NCBI GenBank assembly: GCA_964304625.1
Contig: OZ199838.1
Coordinates: forward strand, 2,705,702 to 2,769,701
Reading direction: 5' to 3'
DNA length: 64,000 nt
Origin: Kudoa neothunni
Lineage: Eukaryota > Animalia > Cnidaria
The notes below the pieces were generated by a model that saw only the letters and a program-made list of their open reading frames with translations, was not told the DNA's origin and searched no databases. Position 1 is the first letter of the stretch, and the number at the start of each line of letters is the position of its first letter. Position numbers and translations under genes: made by a program. This document shows, piece after piece, positions 24,250-40,186 of the stretch.

Positions 24250-25400
24250 TAACAGAAAATAATGCAAAAGTTCTTGCGCAACATTTTATATCAACATGCA
24301 ATTCACCCCTATCTAAATTATCAAACGAGATTTTCGACGGGGATCGGTAATCCTTATATTACATGCTGAAGAATATTGACCGGTAAAACATCGAGAATCT
24401 GACAATTACCTATGATATCACAAATATTTAAGCAATTAAAAAATATTATTAATATAATCAGAGATTATAAAAACTTTTTCTTTCCAAAATATTTCTTGGC
24501 TAATGCGATTATAAGTTTTAATTTAATCCCCAACAACCCAACTGAAATAATCGGAATTCTTCGTAACAATATGATAGCAACATTAACGAAGAATTATACG
24601 TTAATTTGAAATAATTGTGCTACAGCATGAAGTTTCATTTTGAATGCGTTCAGATTTTGGTATTAATGCATAATACATCACAAAAACTTTTAAAAGTTGT
24701 TAATCAATAAACTATAAATTAAACGGATTAATAATTATCAATAAAATATAATTCTTCGGCAATATTTCAAATTGCAAATTATTATGCATCTTCTCGATAA
24801 TAAAAAATTTTAGGGATCATTTTCTGAGCGTTTAAAAATTAGAAAATCGGGCCCCGAAATACCTTGCATTATTCGGAAAAGTTTGAGTGTTCTTAATTTT
24901 TCATGTGATATAATTTCAAAAAATGATTTGTTGATAAAAATTATTGTGAAGTTTCCAATTATTCATCTATTTATAATTTTATTTATTTCATAAAGTAATT
25001 AGGTCAGCGTTACCAACGCAAATTGGACATCAGGCAAACTTTTTGTCGGACAAATCAGAATTTTTTCTAAAAACGGAATTAATATTTAATTATTTGTATT
25101 AATTTTACTTTAATTTATAATTAACTCAGAAACTTCAAATTTATGACATCATTTGGTGGATGTGTTGAAAAATCTCCTAACTAGAACCAGATTATCTAAT
25201 GTAGAACACAAAATTATATTTCTTCTGATGTTTTCGATAATTCCAGAGGAGGAAATTTTCTTTTTGGAGAAACGTTAATCAAAGCTAGAGGAAATAAAGA
25301 TTTTCTGTATTTTCCGATAGAATTAAAATTGGTTTGCCGATAAACAATGACCAAAAAGGCGATTGTTAATAATTTAATCAAACAAACTTTGTTTTTGAGC
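24250..25400 (-). pseudogene. Possible P-element/THAP9-like transposase remnant
   Basis: The minus-strand peptide AFKMKLHAVAQLF at ~24610-24650 resembles the P-element KMKVxLAAQxFS motif. The rest is heavily decayed. Confidence 0.3.
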
Positions 25401-26875
25401 CTACTCCCCTCCTTCAATTTCAAACAATTGTATTACAGTCTCTCGTTCGATTTATGAATAACATGTAACAACTATACCTAGATGAGGTGTTATTTTTATG
25501 TGAGACCATTTATTCATTAAAATTAAGAAAAATTAGTCAAGAAAATAATATTTAGTTAAATTTTAATTTGTTTAGGTAATATCTAATATTCGAATTTTTT
25601 GAAAATTGATAACAAACGCTTGTAATGATAACTTAGCACTGGATATCACCTATGTCAGAGTCTTTTTTTAATTCAAACACAAAAATCTCTTGGTAATAAT
25701 TCCAAAATGGTTCATAGTCATGATAAAATTGCGTATTGCCGCTAATAGTGGTAATGGTAAAAATCAAAAATGTTGGTCTTAACCGGAGCATAAAACTTAA
25801 AAATGTGTTCATTTTAGTAAATTTTTGGCATGTTTTTCTAAGCTCAATTTTTGTATTACGTGGGCTTTAAAAATTATTAAAATTTCTAGTTGTATCTTGA
25901 TCTTGCGTTTGGTGAACTTCTATTAGAGACATTTTAATTTGAGATAAATCATTGTTCCAAGTATAAAATTTTCTGCTCGAAGATTCCTCGTAAAAAAATC
26001 AGCAACGATTAAAGTCCATTTTTTGCGAATTTTCAAAAATTCCGTATCTTTGAAACTTAGTTTTGCGTTTATTCAACCTTTCGAAGAACAAGAGTAAAAA
26101 TCGGACAAGATAGGACACATGGAAAAAATCATACATGGTTAGCAACGATAGCCAGTAATTATTTCCAATGAATGGTTGAATGTTCAATATAATTAAATGA
26201 TATTATCATATCGTGTATATTTCCATTGTAAAATTTTAGTTTATCATATTGTAAATAATGTTAAAATTAACATTATAAATCGGCTTGGGACTTATAAAAT
26301 ATAGAAAAATAATATTTTTTATGAAAATTTTGTCATATCTTTACAATAAATATAAATATAGAATTAATCCTACATTTACAGTTGTTAATTTACGAATCAA
26401 TAATTTTTCCATTCATGTATAAACATTTATTATTTTTAGTATTTAACGTAATGATCTTTATTATTGAAAATGTATTTATATTTTTAACATCAGGATAGAT
26501 TTATAATTTAAAAAATTGTCAAAAAAGTAATCATCATAATAGAAAGAAGTTCGAAGAAGATTTAATAATAGCTCTAAGGGTTCGGTGATAATGATGAGTG
26601 TAAGAAAAGAATCCGTTGATTTAGTTTTAGCGTATCTTAACAAGAAAGTTGTTGGATGCGGAATTATATCTAATGTTAAAAAATCCTACCCTAATCCATT
26701 TATATTGAAAGCAATAATAACAATTTACAAGCACTAAAATCAAGTGATACGACTTATAAGATTTAATAAGATTATCGATCCAATAGGTCGGTACACAGCA
26801 GGTGTTGGTTTTGGAATTTTACGGATGATTGTCAATAAAAACCCATATATGGGACTATAATAAATTGTAAAACAA

Positions 26876-26879
<4 letters not shown>

Positions 26880-26907
<28 letters not shown>
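26880..26907. repeat. (TA)n microsatellite
   Basis: About 14 TA units. Confidence 0.9.
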
Positions 26908-26909
<2 letters not shown>

Positions 26910-27198
26910 GGAACAGCTTGTTCTTTTAAGTTTAACCTACTATTCAACTGTACTATTGAAATCTATTAATAAACAACCAAAACTGTGAAAATTAGAAATT
27001 ACTGTCGGACACTCTCAATTCGCTGAGTGTTGAGCTTTCAACTAAACCATCACTATTGATCCTATTTATCTTAATATTACTTTATCACTTAGAAGATTAT
27101 TCTCGAGTTCGGTTCGAATATTTTATAATAGGTTTATTTCGTAGTGTTACCATAGTGGTTATCGTGGGAATTACATAAGTTTGCAGTTGTTTAGCGGA

Positions 27199-29756
<2,558 letters not shown>

Positions 29757-30818
29757 ACTCTCACTCCAAAATATGCCCTGATCTGATATTTACAGGGCGT
29801 TTTTTAGAGAATTATGTTGCCAAGCATTATTTCGGATGACGCTCTCGACGTATCTGCCGAATGTTCTCAATTTCGCATTAATACTTAACGCCAAATATTT
29901 TAATGTATATTTTTCATTTCAAGTATTTATTTTTTATCACAAGTCTTTGTATATTTTTTTTGGTTCTCAGCCGAGATTAATTCTTACATTCAATACAGCT
30001 AATTGTTTCTATACTACAATAAACTCTTGCTTTTAAATTATTACTGTGGCATTCGTTTACTAACAGTATTTCAAGATCAAGATGAAAATTTATTATTGCC
30101 CCCATATAACAAGGCTTTTTGGGAAGGGGGATTTAGCGCGCAAAATCGAGGCCTACTGAAGACAGATAAACACTTGTGGAGTTTGATTGAGCAACAAATA
30201 GAGATCCGTGAATAATGTGATGAATCTACAGGAGAAATCTATTTTATACGCGGTATCAACGAATTAATAATCCTAAAGACTTTTTCTTTATTTTTTCGCG
30301 TGATTTTGATTTTACAACTATCCAAATTAATTTTAAAATTAGTGTAATATGTTGTACTACAATTTTTGGGCTAAATTTCTAAATATATTATCTCCGACGA
30401 CAAAATTTCTTTATATTCAATATTAACGAATATTTTTGTTGTAAGCATTTAAATATTGATTAAAAATGAAAAGATTTGATGTGATAGGATAATGTTTAAT
30501 CATTGAATATTATTTTGAGAGAATGTTTTTCAAATATTAAGTTTGATATATATTTATTATATTGAATGAATTAAAATATTTTTTACTGTCTATTGACGTG
30601 AGAATTTTTAATCGAAAATGGCATATACGCTTTCGCAGTATCCATTTTTAATTCCTGTAACCCTCATTTATAGTTTATATATAATTCTAATTTTTTGGTA
30701 TACGCTGTATTTAATTATTTTTGGTCTGTCGCTACCGCTTATAGGTGCCAAAAATAATTAAATGCAGTCAAAACTACACATACTTGGATATTATGATCCC
30801 TGTCAATAGTCACTTCCT

Positions 30819-30842
30819 TATAATAATAATAATAATAATAAT
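30819..30842. repeat. (AAT)n microsatellite
   Basis: About 7-8 AAT units. Confidence 0.8.
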
Positions 30843-31775
30843 TATTTCGTCGAATGAATTGTGTATTTTTGCGATAATACCTTGTATAATCGCTATCAGT
30901 CGTATTAAAGCTTGGGGACGGAAGCTTTAAAATATAAGGTGTGTGCATGCTCAGAGTTATTAAATATAATAAAACGCAAAATTGATGAATAAATCGCTTA
31001 ATCCTTCTTTTAACATTTTTAAATGGGTCGAGAATACTGATCTTTTTAAAAAATTGGATTAAAAATCAAGAGCTCGTTTGGAAGTGGTTGATTTTGATGT
31101 AGTCAAGTTTATTAAAATTTTAAATTTTACGCCTTATTTTTTCATATTTTTCGGTATTATCTGTTATATTACTTATTATTGAAATATAAATATCAAAGAA
31201 TCGTTTTAGCCAATCCGAAATAATTGTTTTCGAAAATTTAGCCATTAAGTCATATCCTGGAGAAAACAGTGTTATTTAATTTTTTATTCTTTCTGTTTGT
31301 CAAAGTCATAAAATTATTATTACTTATTTAAGGGGGTTTAAAAAATTTTATGTGTGATTTTTCCATCAAAAAAAATAAAAATATGTTTTAACAACAATGA
31401 TATTATTCATTCAAATTTCAAATTCACACCCCCATAAAAATGCAATCCTTGTAATAGAATAACTATTGATTTTCTACTTTTTTCAATAGTTTCATATTTC
31501 ATTATAGAAATAATGAATAAATATTAACGCTCTTCACATAAAGTAACAACTTGAATGGGGTTAAATAATTGATTCCTAACTTATATGTTATTTTTTTAAA
31601 TATAGTTTATTGGTGTAAGTGTAGATATTTATTTTATTTTTATTAAAGCGTATATTAAAGTAACAAATGAAATGTTTATCAGTTTAAATCAATGGGTAGA
31701 CGTTTTTGGGTATGTTCGTTGGATGAAGAAATAATTAAAGTATTCAAATTTTATAATCTAAAGTCATTCTAATTT

Positions 31776-34700
31776 TCATAAATTTTCTTCGAAACCTTTA
31801 TATATAATTTTATCCAGTAACCCAGTCTATATAATATAACAAATATTTGTTCGTTATTGACGCACGACAATAACAATTACCATATGGGATATAGCCAGCA
31901 AGATGATAAACAAAAATATAGCGCCTGCAACCGCAGCTGGGACCATCCACGCCCTGTCATTATCTCTTCGAGTTTTTACCAGAACCAAATGGTGCTAGTG
32001 AAAAATTAAAATATTACTGTTTCTGCAGTAATTCATACTGTAAAAGGTTGACCTTCAAATACGGCATCTTTTGTGGATACTAACACAGCGGTAATATTAA
32101 CGAATAATCGGGTATCTGATACCTAATCAACTTTAACCCCATTAACTATAAGTATTCATATACCTTCAAGTCCAATAATGTTTCTTTCAGTTTTATCACT
32201 AAGGAAACTTTCATTTTACCATATGGACCATTAGATATGGTGGGACATGTAACTTCTAAGTTCCAAATTTTCGTACAATTAGATAGTGAGCAATCTTTGA
32301 CCATTTTCGGTTGAAAATTATTAGAACACTACCAAACTTTCTAAACTTTTATCAACAAATAATTTAACACACTTTATATTGGTAGATATAAGCTAATCCA
32401 TCGTTCCAATCTGATGATACTGTAAAGTTTATGGTGATATCTGGAGGTAATGAAGGTCCTCGCAAGTATAACTAAATAAATTCTAAGTTAAGAATAAAGT
32501 ATATTTACATCGTATTCATTATCAATGTCAGCAGAGAAGACTTTCGGCCCAAAAACGTCAACAACGGGATTTGAATTCGTTCTAATTAATTAAATTATTT
32601 TAATAATTATTATTTAATGATATAGTAATATGACCAAAAATATATGCTTAAGTTAAAATAACTCAAATAGACTATCACATTTGTTGGATAAATTTAATCA
32701 ACGTGATTACCCAGTCAATTTATAACTAGTCTCACAATGAGTAACAAGGCCATACTGCTTTTCTATTAGAAGAATGTAGGAATCATAGTTTATGTTGTGT
32801 CTAAATGGATTTATCACTTAATTTATCATTCCACGTCATACGCCTTTAGGTATAAGGTTGAATCGACTGGTTGCTGAGTTTCTTTCATAAACAGTGAGCA
32901 TGTTATAGAAGACTATGTTAGAGTAAATTTCAAATCAACCATAAGTGTTGAAACTTTTGATGTGACCAACAGAATATCCATTATATCCATTGTATTCTCT
33001 GAATCGTGTGTAATTGAGACCTGTAGTGATAACATTCGGAGTTATTGGCCAAAAATATATTTTAGACAATACGCCGTAGGTTTTTCCATCACATTTCAGA
33101 AATTGAACATAATTGGGATTGAATTTAACCTCAACCCCTATCATATAAGGCTTGTACAATTTTTCAGAAATCGGGAGAGGAAGTATATTGGAAAGGGAAA
33201 TTGAATTAACTCGACCTTGTACCAAATTAGGAATGCTACCAAATTGTTAACACTCACAGATAACAAAAATATACTTTTCGACTGTCGTAGATTCAAGAGG
33301 CATGGAGTTTGTAACGTCACAATTAAAATATTCACAAAGTAATTGTGGTGGTTTAGGAAGAATGATAGATAATGGGAATTCAGTGTAAATTCTGCAGTTG
33401 TAGTTATTAATAGTTACATTGTTAAATTTATCCGTGCGAAACGTTAAGCTTTCCATGTTAAACTTTGATAAAATATAAGGATGTTTCAGTATACGGAAGA
33501 GAATCGATATTGATGATTGAAAAATTCCAGATGAAGCCATATAGGTAAGGTAAAATTTTTTCGATAGTGATTCCTTATTATGATGATCCAAAATAACAAA
33601 TATTCCATAATCTTCTGGGATTGAAATTATGTTGCTTATGTTTATTCTTGCTAAAAAAGTTGAACATTAGAATTAATTATTAATTTATAAACCCTTAGCT
33701 GTTAAATAATGTGAAAATATTTGAACGTAACGAATGAATGAAGTAATTTTTCGAATTAAAACACTTCGGATTTAATACATTAAGTTTTTAACTATCACTA
33801 ATAGCATACATAATAAATTGAATTGAAATTAAAATTAAATTAAAATTATACTGAAAAAACTATATTTTAGCCTAATATATAAATACAACGTCCTTGAATC
33901 ACTTTCTCCTTAATTGCATCCTTATAAAATCGTAAACGGGATAAAATATTCATTTTCAAACTAAAAATAGTATTATTTATTTCATAACTATAATACGCAT
34001 ATATACCAAAGGTAACCTCGTTGAGGTTCATCACACTCATCTTCATCTGACAATTCAGAATACGATAACGAATAGTCTAGTTGAACAAATAAAGGCATTC
34101 TGAAAAATTCGAATAATTTTTAGAATAATGCAAATATTAAATCAAATCATACAGCAAGGACTCTATAGTTGAAGAAGGAGAAGTTGTCGACAATAGTATA
34201 TCTATTTGAAATATGTAATTATAAAAATGTTTACCACAGCGAAATAACCGTTAACACTATCATTATTGATATCAACACTATTAGAAATATGATAAACAAT
34301 TATATCAACGCCGTCAAGGTAAACGAAGTAGTCTGATAATTCCAAATCCTAAGAATTTTAAGTTCTTCTAAATTAATAAATAGAATATACAGCTACTAGC
34401 GTAAAACCGAAATCATCATTCTGACGAGGGGCCATAATTTGATACACGTATATTGATCCTTTTCGTTCTCTGCCGCCATACGGTGCCAAGACAATAACAA
34501 CTAGGTAAAACATTTATTATTGTCTAAATTCCTGAAATACATTTTATGCTATTTGCATTGCTCTGAGAGCCCAAATCGCACATTGAATATCCAAAATAAT
34601 CTCCAACATCTTCACCAAACTTATTTTTTGCGCTTCTAGGAATACTTGGTATTTCATTTGTGAACATATACAAAATCTCTCCTCTGCCATCATTAGTAAA

Positions 34701-37616
34701 AGGATTGCTATATACTGTAACCATTCTATGATATATTATTTCAGTTTATTGAACGATTATTGATCAAAGCTATAATCACATGTCCGAAATCGTAAAGCAA
34801 AGCGACCTAAACCCGAAATATTTTATGGGCTAAAATAGAGAATATTATAATCTCATCAAATGTTATGTATTACTGGACGAAACATATCTTGTGAAATTTG
34901 TTTCAAGGTAGTTGTACGGTTGTGTACGTTGTAAATATACAGCTATATTAACTATAGTAGATAGTAGATTTCAGTAACAAGATTGTACCCCCAAATCTTT
35001 TTTAGGATAATGTTGGTAATATTCAAATTTTACTAAATAGCGTTATCAAACATGTTTTTATTGGATATGGACAACTAATTACTAAAAAGTTAATTTTATT
35101 TCAATATTATTTATCATAATTATTAATCAATTTATAAAAATCTTATAATCCATTTATTGAACATGGTTATTAAAATATTCGTCTAATTTTGACATTTTAG
35201 ATCTTTACATAAATCTCAAAAAGATGAATATATTAAAAAATTGTTAAAAACATAAAATCATGTTTGGATATTTCCTAAACTTAATTTTTTATTTTATAAC
35301 ATAAACAATAATTTAGAATTTTTTGTATGATATTGCATATGTGTTATAACTCAAAAATCGGAAATTAGAAAACATTTGAATTTTCCATATTCGAATTTTT
35401 TCACGAATTCATTCATAACATTTGATCTAAACCATCGAAATATACCAAAAAAATATATAAACTAAAAATCATAATTACACAATAAAAAAAAAGTAAAATT
35501 TCAATTTTACCTATCGGGATACCAAATTAATTAATATTTTTATTTGATAAAATGTATCATCATCACTATAAAGAGTATCTAATCTCGGTTTTTCTCAAAT
35601 AGTTGTATTTAAAATAATGTTAATGATTTTAAATGACGAATGTGTTATAATATGCGAAGAATAAGAAAATTCGCAAGTTTTTCTAAACAAACGAGACATT
35701 ACACACGGGGATGATTTTCCTCGAAGTGCTATTCAGGTTAAATTTAGAAGTTATTTCTCAAGGCTGAATTTTTGCATTTCTTTTTTAATTACTATTTTAT
35801 TAAAAATAATCGTGAATAAATTAAAGGAAAAGATGCCGAAATGGGACTTTTTATGTGTCACAGATTTTATAATTACCTAAAATGAGTAATTACGTAAGAA
35901 TATTGAATATGAACTGTATAACTAGATATTAGGGATTTAATTCGCGGAAATACTAGTTTTTTAGACTAAGACGTTTATAATAAATTTTGCTGAAAGCAAC
36001 CTAAAGTTCTAAACGCTGCTTAAATATTAAATCAGTGTTGTATTATCGAATTAAGGTATATTTTCAAATTTAACCTACGATTGGTTCCTTTGCATAAAAA
36101 ATTACAATATATAACATTGAATTTTTATGACGTGATTGCTGTCTTTGACTCAATTGTGTCTTCTGACCGGAGAGCTCAGGAAATTATACATTGGATACTC
36201 CACCGATTTTATCCACAAAATTAATAAATTAACCTTAAAAAATCAGAGATAAACGTAGTATAAAATTAAAATTTTAACATCTTGTGTAATTAAAGGAAAG
36301 GGACGTGTAGTAGCAGATACAAAAATATTGAAGATTTTATATTTGAAAAAAACATGATAGAATATTTAAAACTGTAAGGAATAACAAGCGTTCCGCTTAT
36401 GTTTTGCGCATGCGAATACTTTGCTTTTTAACGCTGAACTATTATGGTTTTATGTGCAGATTACAAAAAGTTATAAAAATATATTAGCCTTCTAATAGTA
36501 TTTATTTTATGTGAATGGTTATTATCTATACTATTTCAATGGAGATAAAGAATACTTCGCGCGCGCAGATAAAGTAAAACTGATTTCCTATTTTATTCCT
36601 TTAAATAAATCCAAAATAATCTTACGTTTATTGTCTGGAAACATGTAAATAATAGAACTACTGTAATCTAAATTTGTGGAAATTACTCCAAATTTATTGT
36701 ATAGGATTACGGTTTGTCGGAATCTGAATAGGTTCTAATTTTAATTTTATTCCATCAAAAGGGTCAATATTCAAATATATAGTTGTATTGCCACTTAATG
36801 GAATAAAATATTAAGCATTATTCATTAGTGATACTTTTTGTGGAGTAAACCAAGTAAAATATGTCCGTCACCAGTAGAATAGGAGATGAGCCCTGAGTTA
36901 TTCGCTGATCCCGATACTTTTGAGCACACATCGTTATACGTTATTATTACAAATAAATACGTATAATAGGTTCAACATTGCCATCGACGTTGTTATATTG
37001 ATAACAAAGTGGTATTTGCATATGGAAAGAAGTTTTTAGTAATTCATTATTAGCAGAACACATCTATTTTTAGAATTATTAAAATAGATACGTAAACAAT
37101 TCATCGAAATTTACAAGAAACAAACTTTCGGTTACTTTAAGTAAATTAAATCCAAATAATGCAGGAATTCTCTTTGATTTTATATTCATCGCTTAAAATA
37201 ATGTTAAAATAATTAAAGTAAGTAAGTAAGTATATACTTCTAGAAAACCCTGCTATTACAAATGCTCTACAGTTGCTCACAATGTGAGTAGTGCTTTCCA
37301 ATTCACACGTGTAAACATCGCCTTGGGTGTGTATAGATTGATCACTTTCATTGGTATATGACGAAAGTGGGGCAGATATAACAAATCTATTTGGATATTA
37401 TGGAAAAACTAAATACAAATTAGAAATACATTACTTTTTCTGGTCAAATTTTTCTATTTTATACCCAAATAATGTATGTCCGTATCTAGGGTTGATTCGT
37501 ATAGAGTTAGGTGTTATCGAAAACCCCCTTGATTGCGCGGGGCCATTTTCGCTTGACTCTTCAAATTTTCCGCTATGAAATAATATGTATAAAATCGAAC
37601 CATAAACCAACATCAT
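31776..37616 (-). CDS. Integrin alpha chain (highly divergent), many short exons
   Basis: Hydrophobic N-terminus; FG-GAP-like repeats (TLFGYKI...FVISAP...GDVYTC, GDYFGYSM, VIVLAPYGG...GSIYVY, DDFGFTL, DINNDSVN); calf-like LRGPS and DC....C; single TM segment WMVPAAVAGAIFLFIILLAI followed by a short tail. Exon boundaries are only partly resolved. Confidence 0.75.
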
Positions 37617-40186
37617 TCTTTGTCATTAATTATATTTACGATTAAATTAATCAGTCGTACTGCTTTATCTCGAATTCATGATTATTTCATGTCATTAATG
37701 ACTGATGTTATCGCTTAACTTACTCATTATTATGTAGTCTTTATTCTTTTAATATACAATTTAATCGTCCATTTTTATTATTTTTCAAGATAGGTTGATG
37801 TTCAAATATTTATTTATTTTAATATATTGGTATTTATTTTTCTAAATAAAACTTCAATATAATCTACAGTTCCCTTGTTGTTAAACAAAAAAAGGAATGA
37901 AGAATAAGTAATATTAAACGTATTAAATTTCATAATTGTTCTATCTCAAAATTCGTTTGATAATTTAAAATTTATCATACAAAAAATGATTACACCGTTT
38001 TTGTTAATAATTTGAAATTATTACGCGAAGAAAGATTTCTAAAATTTATTAATGCCATTTTTTTACTTTCAGTGAATTATTTTTCATAATTAATCTATAT
38101 TTCAGATAGGTGGTAACCCAATAAATGGCTCCGAGCATTCGAGCACAATAATGATTAAATTTATTTGAAATTGTTTATATTATTTTTATACGAATTAGAT
38201 TTTTGCCATTTAATATTGTGTTTCATAAATAAAACAGTATCGTATCATGAAACCATTTATAAATCTTATTCAAATTCTTATCAATCATATCTCTGAAATA
38301 ACTAAAAATACATTTCCAGAATCCAACATAAAATTTTAATTAGATGAATTTTTTATATATTTAAAAATCATCTTAACCTCAAAGTTAGAATCTTATGTAA
38401 ATTTGGGGTTAAATAATTAAATGAAATTAGTTATACTTGTTTCTCAGCCTGTTAATGATAGAAATGTATTTTTGATAATAAATATTTATCTGTGGTGAGA
38501 AAATATTTATCAGGGTGGGGTCATGTTACTCGTTTAGTTATCATTTTCGTAACATCAAGGAGAACATTGATTAATGATTAATTTTAGTGAAAGAGTAAGA
38601 GTAAGAGTCCATTACTATATTTGATAAGAAAGAAATCTGTCGAAAATAAAAACATAATTTTGTCTCTATAAGCTCCAGTTTAATTCATCTAATATTCGTT
38701 AAAATATTGTTATTGTATAAACGTGATAGAATTTATTATATATTATTGAAAAAAATGTTTAAAGTTATTCAGTTTAATTTCCTCATCAAAAAATCGACGA
38801 ATCAGACTAGGCCAAATAAGAAAAGATAAAAAATGATTTCAATAAATTAATTATTTGTAGTATTCTCCAATAATAGTTCATTAGGTCTATCATTGTTAAA
38901 AAAGTTATAATTTTATGAAAAAATGTATTATAATTATTAAATCTATTGTAGGGTTAAATATTCCATTCGATTTTCCCATAAATGGAACATATATATCATT
39001 TAGAGTTCATATTAAAATACAATGAGTATTAAATATATAATTTAAGGAGGTATCCATTTTTATCATATTGCTATTCTACATTTATATTTATATCAATCTC
39101 ATATTTATATCTATTTTGAAGTACAATAATTCCTTGGGTTTACAAGTGGAATCCCCTTGTTTAACGTGGTTTTTTTCATTTTATTGTATGCCATTAGTTT
39201 TACAGATTAAGTATAAATATCAGATATTATATATTATTAAAAAATCAATGGAGTATTTTTAAAAGTAATTCGTTACGTTAAATCTGACGTACGGGGTTTC
39301 AAATTCATAAAAAATAGTATGTTAGATATGATTTAAATCTTAATTTAGCCTGTCTGCGTTTATCGAATCAACACGTTCTTCGAGATAAATTAAAAACTGT
39401 TTGTGAGTTTAAACGTCAAAGGACCGTGTGTCGAAAACTTCAGTACATGCCCATGGGGTCGTTTTTGACGACAAATCTCAAAATAACATTATTTAGATCA
39501 GATTTCAAATTTTATTTCTTATTGTTATCTAATAACTTTTAATTTTTGGTTACGAAGATCTAAAATACATTAATTATGAATATTTAAAATTGATGTCTAT
39601 AAACCATGAAATTGTGTGAGACCAAATAAACACTTTGACTTAAAAGCGATCAATAATTGTGTATATGGCATGGAATGTTTTAAATTCTTCCAAAAATCTA
39701 TGTAAAATTTGATTTTGCCTCATATGCGCGTTTACTGGCATAATATTCTTCCAATTTTTCAGGTTATTATTAAGTATAATGTGTCCGAAACTATTTGAAC
39801 TTACATATAAAATTCGGAATATTGATAAAAGATGCACCGGGATGCGAAGCGACCAAAAATTTTATATTTGGTAATGTATTTTTTATTATACGCAATATTA
39901 AAATGATGGCATTTGTTCAATTTGAATGATAAATAAATAAACATCAAATTTAATAAATGAAACGATATAGTGATATTTTTTATTTAGCCGAAAAGTTAAA
40001 GAAATAAAAAAATTTTTGAAGTACTTTTTGATTCTCATAATCGTTATCAAGTTAGATTTTTACCGCTATTAATTTCATAAAATGTTATATACCTTTAATT
40101 TACGTTAATGAACCAATAAAATCCTCAAAAATGTATTTATTATAATTACAGCGGGAATGAAGAAAATTTAAAAGAGCAAATTCAAG

